Shown piece after piece: positions 1-9,264 of a stretch of 64,000 nt of DNA. Below the pieces are notes generated by a model. The model did not search any database. It was not told the origin of the DNA and was given only the letters and a program-made list of their open reading frames with translations. Origin of the DNA: Andalucia godoyi And28 (taxonomy: Eukaryota; Protista; Jakobida); NCBI GenBank assembly GCA_009859145.1, contig VRVR01000044.1, forward strand, positions 178,208 to 242,207. Reading direction: 5' to 3'. The stretch's first letter is position 1; each line of letters begins with the position of its first letter. The translations under genes and the position numbers were made by a program.

Positions 1-346
1 CGCGCACTGCTTCTCAACAGTGCTTCTGAGACTGTGCAGCAACATCCATGGCTAGCAGCAGCGGTACCATGCGACGATGCGTGACGATGCGCTGCGCAGA
101 GCAGCGCTACTCGATGAAACGCGCGCAGCTGCGTATCTTTGAAAAGGTGCGCAACCTGTCGGCCGACATGTGTCGATTGTGACGGAGGAGTACACGTCTG
201 AAGCATGCGGCCGTTGCGGGGGAAATCCATCGCAAGTTGTGTGGAAACAAGGTGTGTTTTGTTACCCATCGTGCAAGCACACGCTCGACCGCGATTGGAA
301 CGGCGCGCGCAACATCTACATCTGTGTTAAGAACGTCTCTCATGCC
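1..346 (+). mobile_element. Fanzor2/TnpB-like nuclease remnant (internally deleted, frameshifted; 5' part lies upstream of the window)
   Basis: Frame at 114-170 reads MKRAQLRIFEKVRNLSADM (helix preceding RuvC-II). A frameshift/deletion then leads to VTEEYTSEACGRCG...FCYPSCKHTLDRDWNGARNI (170-320), i.e. the E-YTS glutamate, the zinc ribbon and the RuvC-III D-x-N-G-A-R-N-I motif. Its 3' part CATCTACATCT..AGAACGTCTCTCATGCC recurs at about 38151-38184. Confidence 0.85.
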
Positions 347-431
347 TTCGGCTCCTTCTTCTCGGTTACGGACAGAAAATCATTGGATTTGTTTATCACT
401 AGCATTGATAACATGTAATATTAATAATTGT

Positions 432-3400
432 CTAATGTTTGGAACCGCCATGGGGGCTGTGCCTCCGGAGTGCGGAAGGTGGGTGGTATCTGCCCTGCGT
501 ACCTTCTCTGATCACATTGACAAGCTGCTCCAGCAACACAGGCTTCGACAGGAAGCAGTCAAATCCTGAATTCTGTGCTGCAATCCGATCCTCCTCGAGG
601 GCACTTGCAGTGACCGCGGCAATGTATGGTCGCACGATGCTCCCGACAGACGCGGCCTTGTCACGATGCAGCGTTCGAATGTTGTTGCATGCCTCAAGGC
701 CACCCATCACAGGCATCTGCAGATCAAGCAAGACAACATCAAAGGTCAATGGGCTTAATGCATTGTTCGATGCTGCCATTGCGGTGGTTGGGGATCCAGC
801 AACTTTTAGTGCAGGAACGGAAGACGACTTCCTGGACATGAGGACTTGGTCCAGCGAGTCGGAAAACACGTTCACTGCCTTTTGTCCGTCATCCACAAGA
901 ATATAGTGGACGGACGGCTGCAATCCGAGTTTGCGCAGCATCGCGCCAAGAACCTTTTGGTTGATTGGGTCATCCTCTGCACAGAGCACACGCACAGGCC
1001 TGCTCTTGTTGGAAGCCACTGCAGACGGGAGGACAAGAGACGGAGCGGCAGAAAAAGCGGATGAACAAGAAAGAGACAGACTGGGAACAACCCGAGGACT
1101 TGGGGCCGCGGGACTCGATGAGTTGCCTGCACTCGAAGAACTGCTGGTGCCACTGCTGCTTGACGTGGATCGCTGCTGTGAACGGCCAGACGGTTGTGGT
1201 GCATTCGACTGTCGCTTTGAACTCGGTTTCTTTTCGTGGCCCCTCTTCGAAGCTTCCGACTGGAATTCATTTTCCAAACGCCGTCCTACATCCGGGTGCT
1301 GCAAACCAATGGCTGCGTCGACGGTGAAAGACGCAGGCGGAGGAAGCGCAGTTACAGGGATCTCAATGCGAACTAGAGTTCCCTCATCTTCGGAAGAGTC
1401 AATAAAGACATTGCCACCCAGGCGTTGAACCATCCAGACCACTAACGACAATCCAAAGGAAAAGCTGCGTTTCTGATGCAGAGGGACATCACCATCGCAT
1501 TTCTCTTCGGATGCATAGCCAGGACTTGGAGAGGACGCTGTTGAAGAGGAAAATTGAGATACAGGCGGAGAGAGAGGTGACGCCGTCTTCCCCGTGTTCC
1601 CTGGGGTCAAGCCAAAGCTCGACCGCCCCGCTGAGCTCGAGAACGCTGGCTGATTTGCCACAAAGGAAGCCGCAGACGCCGCCACATTGGAAGCGGTTGC
1701 TGCCGACGCCGATGCCGAAGCTACATTGTTCGTTGACAAGGACAGGTTCCGGAAGGAACCATGTTTTGAGCCGACTGACGTTGTCGCACTCATCGGCGGT
1801 GCCGAGTCGGACGAGAAGGACGCCGGATCCTGCTGTGGAAACTGTTGTCCGGCGACGTTTGGAGCAACAGCATCTGGTCGAGGGTCCGCTGCACGCCCGT
1901 GGTCAATCGAAACATTTTGAAGTGTGGATCCGAGAACCTCAAGATGCTCGAGTTCGAGTTGTGAAAGGCCAAATCCGTCATCCCGGATCGAAATTTGCAA
2001 GTTCATCTTCTCCGCTGCCTCATCTGCAGGGGAGGACGGTTCCAGTTGCGTCGGGCCAGCCGACTCATCAGAGGCACACGGGGCTACATGAACTGCAATC
2101 TCCACGAGCCGGGACTTGGACGACCGGAATGCAACGCTCAGCACATTCGCTAAGCACAGTCCAAGGCGACTTCCGTCCACGCGTATCCTATCCGGCACGT
2201 CCGGAGAAATCACGCACTGAACCCTGACAGGAGGCACTGGATCTTGCGCTTCAAGCTGCTGCAAACCATCAGAATCGTTCCCAGTCTCTGTGTCCCGAAT
2301 CGACGGTTCACTGTCGCAGTCGGATTCGGAGGACCGACACAGTCCCAGCCTTTTGCCTGCCAAAGCGGGCCTCAAGGCCGCATCGGGACTCGAATCTTCC
2401 TGACGTGACACTTCTGTACAAAACGAACCTTGCAATGACGAGGCAGGGGATGCCGGAGAGGGGTCTGTCAGAATCTTCGAAATCACTTCCCCTGACGCAA
2501 CATCTGCTTCAGAATACCGAGCATGCACATTTCTGGCAAGATTCAATGCCTGTCGAATCATCGTACGAATATCGACGACTTCGTTCAAGACCGAGAGCGT
2601 GCCGGAGGCCAGTTTTGCAAAAGCAATGAGATTTTCGAAAATCAACAGAATTTCATCTGCTGCACTCGACACATGCGAGACATGCTGCCGAACGTAGGGC
2701 AACTGCATGGCAGGTTCTTCGAGCGACAGCAGCTCGACAGAACCCCGTATTGCATGAATTGGGGTCCTCACTTCCTCTCCGATCGCAGACAGGAACGCAT
2801 CTCTGGTTGCCAACTGTTTGTTCTTGCGTATCTCGTCTTCCTTTTGAGCAGTAATATCCCTACCAATCACGTATTCATACACTGGCTCTGCCGACAAACT
2901 TGAAGAAACTCCTATACGCGCGCCTGCAGAATCACGATCTTTTGCTTCCGAAGTGCCGACGCTTGTCCAGGACATCCAAATAACAGAGCCATCCTTCCTC
3001 CGGACGCGGTTTTCTCGATAGGACGGCTTGTCGATACCGTATTGCTTCGTCATTTCGACATCCGAGTCCACAACGAATCTCAAAAACGAGCCGTTGCGTA
3101 TCTCCTCAATAGGATAGCCAATGGTGTTCGCCAGTGACTGATTGCAAAACACAACTGAATAGGTTTGCTGGTTGGCAACAACGAAGCTCTCTGATGAATT
3201 AGTCCAAAATTTGCGAAGCATGTCCTGCTCCCGTTCCAGCGACAAGACTTTGCTCACGTCACTACAAACGGCTGTCCAGATCCCGAGATCGGGGATCCGC
3301 CGACAGTTCCATCGAACAATGACCTCTCTGCCCGATCGAAGACGATACCTTACATCCAAGTCTTTGACCACATCTTGACCGGCAAACATATGCTGGCAGT

Positions 3401-4502
3401 CGTCCAAGGGGGATCGGTTCTCGTAGTCGTTCCACTCTCCAGTGTGGAAATTGAGAGTCCCAACAACCAGCCGCACGATTCCATGCCCAAGCAGTTCTTC
3501 TTTGGTCGAATCCAGCATGTGGCACATCGTGGAGTTAATGTCGAGGATACGCAGTGAGTGGTCTTCGAGAATGACAGCGCCATTCACGGTTCCGTGCCAG
3601 AAATTCTTCGCTACTTGCAAAAAATGCTTGTCTGACTCGAAGAAATCCATTTGTCGCATGCACACCACAGCAACATCATTTTTCTGCGGATATGATAGTG
3701 TGACAGAGAACTTTGCTCCTCGGAAGAGAAGTTCGCGAGGTCCAAACAAGGTGTCGAAGCGCGAGAAATCCAATGCCAAGAAACTCACCAGACCTTCCAC
3801 AAACGTCGGATCTCGGAACGCCACGTTCAATTCAAAACACCCGGTGCACGGGACGTGCAACAGCGAAACGGCAGTGTGATTTAGAAACAATGTACGTTGC
3901 CGAGTGCGGTCGATTACAACAACGGCGTCCGGGATGTTATTATACAGTTCGAAGCCAGTCATGACCAATTCTGGAACGGCATGATTTCGTGCTGCCGTTG
4001 CTGGGGCGGATTTTCCCAGAGCCGCAGCATCAGCTGACCCGCCAGTTCCTGTCGACTCGCTGAGCACTCTTGCCGGTACTAGTACTTGCTCAGGCGGGGC
4101 GATGCCGCTGTCCGAGTCACTTGGCTGCCGAAAACAGGAGAAAATGACAATTGCATTCTGCGTAGAGACATCGATGGACACGTAGATGCGGGCCATGCAA
4201 AGCGGGCCGGTTTCTGAAAATGCAGGGATCCGGAGCAGCACTTCCGTGTCAAAACCCGAGAGATTCACGGCATTGAGGACCACTTGTGACCAACTGATTC
4301 CTGGAAACAGCTTTGCAGCAGTCAGACTCGGCAGGTCCACACAATCAACCCCCTTCGACTGAGCATCCTGAGTCCGAAATAACTTCTCTCGAAGGCGAGA
4401 GTTTGCATAGACAGGGCTTCCAGAACGAGTAAACAGTCCAGCAGGAAGCGGCAGTTCCGCGAGAAAATGCTCGACATTCGGCAGTGACAGCCCAGACGAC
4501 AT
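432..4502 (-). CDS. Hybrid sensor histidine kinase-like protein (PAS domains, degenerate HisKA, split HATPase, C-terminal receiver)
   Basis: PAS-like segments (NTIGYPIEEIRNGSFLRFV...RRKDGSVIWMSW...IGRDIT), HisKA-like FLSAIGEEVRTPIHAI, G1 box ISIRDDGFGL, receiver VLCAEDDPINQKV / FDVVLLDLQMPVMGG / FLSKPV. First ATG at 4502. Confidence 0.9.
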   Translation of the reverse strand: MSSGLSLPNVEHFLAELPLPAGLFTRSGSPVYANSRLREKLFRTQDAQSKGVDCVDLPSLTAAKLFPGISWSQVVLNAVNLSGFDTEVLLRIPAFSETGPLCMARIYVSIDVSTQNAIVIFSCFRQPSDSDSGIAPPEQVLVPARVLSESTGTGGSADAAALGKSAPATAARNHAVPELVMTGFELYNNIPDAVVVIDRTRQRTLFLNHTAVSLLHVPCTGCFELNVAFRDPTFVEGLVSFLALDFSRFDTLFGPRELLFRGAKFSVTLSYPQKNDVAVVCMRQMDFFESDKHFLQVAKNFWHGTVNGAVILEDHSLRILDINSTMCHMLDSTKEELLGHGIVRLVVGTLNFHTGEWNDYENRSPLDDCQHMFAGQDVVKDLDVRYRLRSGREVIVRWNCRRIPDLGIWTAVCSDVSKVLSLEREQDMLRKFWTNSSESFVVANQQTYSVVFCNQSLANTIGYPIEEIRNGSFLRFVVDSDVEMTKQYGIDKPSYRENRVRRKDGSVIWMSWTSVGTSEAKDRDSAGARIGVSSSLSAEPVYEYVIGRDITAQKEDEIRKNKQLATRDAFLSAIGEEVRTPIHAIRGSVELLSLEEPAMQLPYVRQHVSHVSSAADEILLIFENLIAFAKLASGTLSVLNEVVDIRTMIRQALNLARNVHARYSEADVASGEVISKILTDPSPASPASSLQGSFCTEVSRQEDSSPDAALRPALAGKRLGLCRSSESDCDSEPSIRDTETGNDSDGLQQLEAQDPVPPVRVQCVISPDVPDRIRVDGSRLGLCLANVLSVAFRSSKSRLVEIAVHVAPCASDESAGPTQLEPSSPADEAAEKMNLQISIRDDGFGLSQLELEHLEVLGSTLQNVSIDHGRAADPRPDAVAPNVAGQQFPQQDPASFSSDSAPPMSATTSVGSKHGSFRNLSLSTNNVASASASAATASNVAASAASFVANQPAFSSSAGRSSFGLTPGNTGKTASPLSPPVSQFSSSTASSPSPGYASEEKCDGDVPLHQKRSFSFGLSLVVWMVQRLGGNVFIDSSEDEGTLVRIEIPVTALPPPASFTVDAAIGLQHPDVGRRLENEFQSEASKRGHEKKPSSKRQSNAPQPSGRSQQRSTSSSSGTSSSSSAGNSSSPAAPSPRVVPSLSLSCSSAFSAAPSLVLPSAVASNKSRPVRVLCAEDDPINQKVLGAMLRKLGLQPSVHYILVDDGQKAVNVFSDSLDQVLMSRKSSSVPALKVAGSPTTAMAASNNALSPLTFDVVLLDLQMPVMGGLEACNNIRTLHRDKAASVGSIVRPYIAAVTASALEEDRIAAQNSGFDCFLSKPVLLEQLVNVIREGTQGRYHPPSALRRHSPHGGSKH

Positions 4503-4757
4503 CCCAACGCTCTCCGACGCTCTCCAACAGTCCACTCTCTCCTCAAATCAGCCCTGCAGCAGGATGACGAAGAAAGTCGAAAGACAAAATGAAAACCAAA
4601 AAAATATGCCCAAAAACTACTCAAGCCGAAACCCCAAATCCAACAAGTCAGTCAGTCCGATTTTGTTTCTGACGTACGTAGCAAACAATCCAACGTTCAC
4701 AGACCAAGTGTTTCACTGCTCGTTTCAAGATAAGAAGTGGCGATGACGACAACGACG

Positions 4758-4788
<31 letters not shown>

Positions 4789-5394
4789 ACAAAAAAAATA
4801 GACGAATGAAAAGGGTATTTAATTTGATGTAGTGATTAGAAAGAGAAGAATACAATGACGCCATATATGTATATATATATATATATTTCCTTTTCCTTTT
4901 TCCTTTTTCCTTTTTCCCTCCCCTTTTTACTTTCTTTCATCTCGACACTTTGGGACGTTCCGGCATTCGACTTGGGGCCGTAGCAAATGGCGTCTATGAA
5001 CGAGTGGTATCAGTAGCGTAAAGGCCATTTCATCGCACAAGGAAAAACGGAAGATCCGAGAAGAAAAGAAGCGACCGGCGAGACACGACTTGGTGAGGGC
5101 TGATCGTATGCTCCGGCAGAGCAGCAGCATGGGTCTGCTCGTTTATATGAGTGTGTGCTTGTTCGAGTTGGATTCTTGCCGCACTGCCGTACTTGTCGCT
5201 GATCAGCTCCGACACGTCGGACAAATCCCGTCGTCCCAGAGCGGCAAAACTGCCGACCAGAGCGCCCGCTGTTTTTCTCGGTTGGTTTGTTGTTCCTAAT
5301 CCATTTTTTTTTGTTTGGGCCTTTGGGTTTTTGGGTTTTTGGGTTTGGGTTTTGGTTTGCTCTCGCTTCTCGGTGGCTTGTCGGAACAAAAGGG

Positions 5395-5571
5395 ATGAAT
5401 GACACAGATGCCGAGCTCATGAGAAAAGTACAGGCTCTCTCCCGCGAGGAGCGCAGGAGGATCATCTACTGCATCAACAAGCAGAGATCGGATGCAGAAA
5501 AAGAGGCGTTTGAACGGTACCGACGCTCCAAACAAGCCGGTGATTCTGTGAATGGAGACTTTGCTGTGTAA
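5395..5571 (+). CDS. Small hypothetical protein (58 aa from ATG; may be the last exon of a spliced gene)
   Basis: Charged helical ORF MNDTDAELMRKVQALSREERRRII... between AT-rich spacers. A possible GT..AG intron at 5281-5392 lies upstream. Confidence 0.4.
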   Translation: MNDTDAELMRKVQALSREERRRIIYCINKQRSDAEKEAFERYRRSKQAGDSVNGDFAV

Positions 5572-5674
5572 TCGGAAATGCAAGACACGAAAAATAAAGG
5601 AAAAAGAAAACAGAGCAAGAAACTGAGTGTGGTTCTTAAAGAAAATGTGGCAAATCCATTTTTTCTACATTTAT

Positions 5675-7255
5675 TTATGTGTTGCTGCTAATGCCATGGC
5701 CATTTCCGTTGCTTCTGCTGGTTGTAACGGGGCTCGGTTGGGAGCTTTCGATGATGCGGAAGGAACAGGGTGACGACGACGACGACGAACGCTCGGTGTT
5801 TTCGTCGTGCTGGTGGTGGTGATGATGGGCTTTGGTGTCGTCAAAGCAGGGCACCGTTCCCGGACGAGTCCGCGTGACCCACGGTGGACGGAACACGAAG
5901 CAGCAAAGGTTCCTCGCGAGATCCATAATCCCCCAGTTTTCGGGGACCTTGACGAGACGGAAGCTCTGTGCGACACTGTGGGACCTGGCAAACATGTTCA
6001 TGTAGGCTGTGACGGCATTCCTCATGCCTCCGTCCACGATGCTGTCCTTTGCAACGACGAACCGAATCAGAATCCGGTCTGCATCGTCGCCTTGTACGGA
6101 GACCACGGCAGCGGACCAGTCTTTTGCAAGCGCTGTGCGGCACTGTGTCAAGCACTCGTGCATCAATGCTCGCGTAGGGAGACTGGCGGACTTTTCCGCA
6201 CTCGATTTGAACGGGCCTGCCAGGATCTTTGCATCTTCAATCAGCTTGTTCTTCACAATCTCTTGATGAATGAGATGGACAGGGTTAGGGATGTAATCCG
6301 GATGAGGAGCGACGGGTCCTCCGTGTCCAACTGCTGGCACAAACGATCGAATGTGCCCAGCCGCCTTCACCTTTTCGTGGTTCTGTCTGAGCTCCTGACG
6401 CCTTTGCTCCTTCAGTCCCATTTCAACTGCCTGTGGCACATATTCCGGCAACGAAAACAGACCTGGAATCCCAGACTTTCGAGTTGGCGAAACACACCGT
6501 TGTGGATTCGAAAAGACTGATTTCCCAGTTGCACTCAGCTTGCTTGCACGTCCACCACCACCACCACCACCACCACCACCACCACCACCACCACTACTAC
6601 TACTACTGCCAGCATCACCGACGATCACTGGTCCGTCTGTTGACAGAGCCATACTAGACACACGGACACCCGATGCCGTCGAATTCATGGATGCTGAGAC
6701 AGGCGGAGATGGCGGAGGACTAGAAGACACAATCAAGCTTGGCTGGATCCCTAGCCATGGCTCCTGTTTTCTCCCCACTGGCGCTCGTCCGTTCAAGGGA
6801 GAAACAGCCACGACCATCTCTACTTCTCGATCGAACGCCGCATTGGTGCCGTCCAGCTCCGCAATACCGGTATGCTGCATAGCAAGCTGTGTATCGGACT
6901 GATAGCCGTGGTCGTATATGCAGCTAAACACGTTCTGCGTTCTCGAGAGCACTTCGCGGTGGTGTTCCGTATCCTGAATCTTGATCTCTCGAACCAGAGA
7001 TCGCTTCATCTCGGACTTGAACTCCGGCTTAATCACTTCGGGAATCGACTTTGTCAGCGACGTAAAATTGGAAGGAACAAACGCCTGCTGGATGACCTCG
7101 CATTCCGTATTGATATAATCCGGCAGCACTATACCATTTGAGAAAAACAAGTCGGAGAAAACACAACGAACAACAGATCCAAAATATGCATTAGTACTGG
7201 TAACGGGTGACAACGGTGATGAGGACGATGACGACATGTTCATAGTCGAGTACAA
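5675..7255 (-). CDS. Uncharacterised protein with weak CFAP96/UPF0602-like P-x-Y-x-P repeats and a poly-Gly tract
   Basis: 526-aa ORF with motifs SPTRKSGIPGLFSLPEYVPQ, HPDYIPNP and GPFKSS. A probable short upstream exon (ATG 7372-7349) and a GTATGT..TAG intron at about 7348-7260. Confidence 0.55.
   Translation of the reverse strand: MYSTMNMSSSSSSPLSPVTSTNAYFGSVVRCVFSDLFFSNGIVLPDYINTECEVIQQAFVPSNFTSLTKSIPEVIKPEFKSEMKRSLVREIKIQDTEHHREVLSRTQNVFSCIYDHGYQSDTQLAMQHTGIAELDGTNAAFDREVEMVVAVSPLNGRAPVGRKQEPWLGIQPSLIVSSSPPPSPPVSASMNSTASGVRVSSMALSTDGPVIVGDAGSSSSSGGGGGGGGGGGGGGRASKLSATGKSVFSNPQRCVSPTRKSGIPGLFSLPEYVPQAVEMGLKEQRRQELRQNHEKVKAAGHIRSFVPAVGHGGPVAPHPDYIPNPVHLIHQEIVKNKLIEDAKILAGPFKSSAEKSASLPTRALMHECLTQCRTALAKDWSAAVVSVQGDDADRILIRFVVAKDSIVDGGMRNAVTAYMNMFARSHSVAQSFRLVKVPENWGIMDLARNLCCFVFRPPWVTRTRPGTVPCFDDTKAHHHHHQHDENTERSSSSSSPCSFRIIESSQPSPVTTSRSNGNGHGISSNT
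6553..6606. repeat. (CAC)n/(CTA)n trinucleotide microsatellite encoding poly-Gly/Ser on the minus strand
   Basis: Direct reading of CACCAC...CACTACTAC. Similar (AC)n, (GA)n, (TCA)n and (AAAAAC)n tracts occur at about 4760, 7880, 10640, 17890, 22845 and 36125. Confidence 0.9.
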
Positions 7256-7878
7256 ACACTACCAAAATTTTAAAAAACAAAAATAACAACTATATAATAA
7301 AATAAAGAGGAAAAAATAATGATGCAAAAAAAAACAAAAAAAACATACGTGACGCGGTGTTCGGTAATGCATAGTGTGGAAGCTTCCCACTTCTTCCTGA
7401 ATTCAAATGTGTGACGGAAGCAGGAGCACTCAGATCTCCACTCATTCTCCCTTTAATAGAACAAAGAGCGGGCTCTTTTTCTTCTGACTTGGCTGCCCCC
7501 CAAGAAGCGAAATCCAGAGAATAAACAATAACGATTGGAATAACAACAATCAGAATCCAAAAAATAAAAAAGAAAAGAAAAGAAAAGAAAAGAGAAGAAA
7601 AGTTGGCTCTCGCGGCAATTGGCGGGGTGGGGAGGACGTGCAATTGGCCCCTGCCGTAGTTTGCACTCGCCAGAAACCCGAATGGCGGGGAAAAATCATT
7701 CCGAGAAATTGCCCGATTCTCCTTACAGCTTTTCTGTACACTGCGCTTACAGTCGGCAGCAATCAGAAACGAGCGCACTTTTTAGTTTCCTGCTTTTGGT
7801 GATTTCTTCATCTGATGTTTTTTCATCTGCAATTCTTTTCGATTCCATCTTCATGTGACTCACACAGCACAGCACACC

Positions 7879-7912
<34 letters not shown>

Positions 7913-7938
7913 GAATAAGAAGGGAAAAGAAGGCAGAA

Positions 7939-9162
7939 ATGGACGACGATCGAATAGTTGCAATTGTGGCGCAGTTTCTTGAAGAGCGAGGATTCAAAGA
8001 AACGTTGGCATCACTGACCGTGGAATATGGACAAGAGCCGAACGCCGAGCTTGTTTCTCGAGGCTCTGAGCTTATTGCGCGCTTGACGTCCGACTATGAC
8101 CGCGAGCTTGCTGCAGAACTGGAGGGTCTTTCTGTGGACGGTGGCATGGGGTTTTCCGCAAACGCGAGAAGCGACGCTTCGAAATCAATGTCGTTTGCAG
8201 AACTTGACGCCAGGCCGTCTTCTGCACCTGTCTCCACGCTTCGGTACTGCATGAAGGACTACCACAAAGGAAACATGCTTTGCGTCAAGTTCATGGAGTC
8301 AGGAGGCCAAGACCTTGTTCTTACGGGTGGGGCAGACAAACAGGTCTGCATAGTGGATTATGAGAATTCGAGCGTGCGGTCGTCGTTGAACGGGTTCCAA
8401 TCTGCGGTGTTGGAAGTCGATTTGCATCCCGTGCAGAAAAAAAAGATGCTTGCGGCAGAAATGGCTGGGTTTTTCTCGACGTTTGATCTCGAGACTGGGA
8501 CGAGGCTGTTTGCAGAAAAGTACTCCATCAAGTACATAAACCGATGTGTGTTTTCGCCAGATGGGAAGTACTTTGCAGTTGGATCGTACGACCATACTGT
8601 TGCTGTCTACTCCGCGGAGGACATGAGCAATCCTGCTCGGATTCGCGACTTTAAGTTCCCCTCCACTGTCGAGTCCATGGTATTTACGCCCGACTCCAGA
8701 ACGTTGATTGCTGCCGTTCGAGATGACTGCTACTTGAGCTACATCCAGATGGCCACCATGACCATCGACAAGGTGAACATGAATGCCAACGGAGACGAAC
8801 ACTGCTCGTTCAACATCATGGATCTTGTCGTGCATCCAGAAGGCAAGTACTTGCTGTCGTGCACAGACCGCTCGCGCCTCATCATGACGACGACGGACAG
8901 GGCCTTGCACGCAAGAAACTTCTATGGCTGCGTCAACGACGAGTATTCGATGCCGCGGTGCGCTTTTGATCCGAAGAAGGAATACGTGTACGCGTCGAGT
9001 CAGGACCGCAAGGTGTATGTGTGGGATGTCTTTAATCAAAGCGTCGTACAGAAGTTGGATCACGATGGTGAGATTGTGCGAGACATTGATTTGCACCCGT
9101 CCGGCAACCTCCTGGCGACGGTTGGATTTGGAAAGACGCTCCGCATTTTCCACAGAGCATAA
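7939..9162 (+). CDS. LisH + WD40-repeat protein
   Basis: N-terminal IVAQFLEERGFKETLASL (LisH-like). WD repeats such as LTGGADKQVCIVD, FAVGSYDHTVAVY and YASSQDRKVYVWD. Confidence 0.9.
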   Translation: MDDDRIVAIVAQFLEERGFKETLASLTVEYGQEPNAELVSRGSELIARLTSDYDRELAAELEGLSVDGGMGFSANARSDASKSMSFAELDARPSSAPVSTLRYCMKDYHKGNMLCVKFMESGGQDLVLTGGADKQVCIVDYENSSVRSSLNGFQSAVLEVDLHPVQKKKMLAAEMAGFFSTFDLETGTRLFAEKYSIKYINRCVFSPDGKYFAVGSYDHTVAVYSAEDMSNPARIRDFKFPSTVESMVFTPDSRTLIAAVRDDCYLSYIQMATMTIDKVNMNANGDEHCSFNIMDLVVHPEGKYLLSCTDRSRLIMTTTDRALHARNFYGCVNDEYSMPRCAFDPKKEYVYASSQDRKVYVWDVFNQSVVQKLDHDGEIVRDIDLHPSGNLLATVGFGKTLRIFHRA

Positions 9163-9264
9163 AAATTTCGCACGATTAGAACGATTGCTTTCCTCCTGTA
9201 ATCCATCTCCTGTTCTCTCTCCTGCTTCATGCGTGCGTGCACAGTCCGCAGCGCAATCCAGCAA

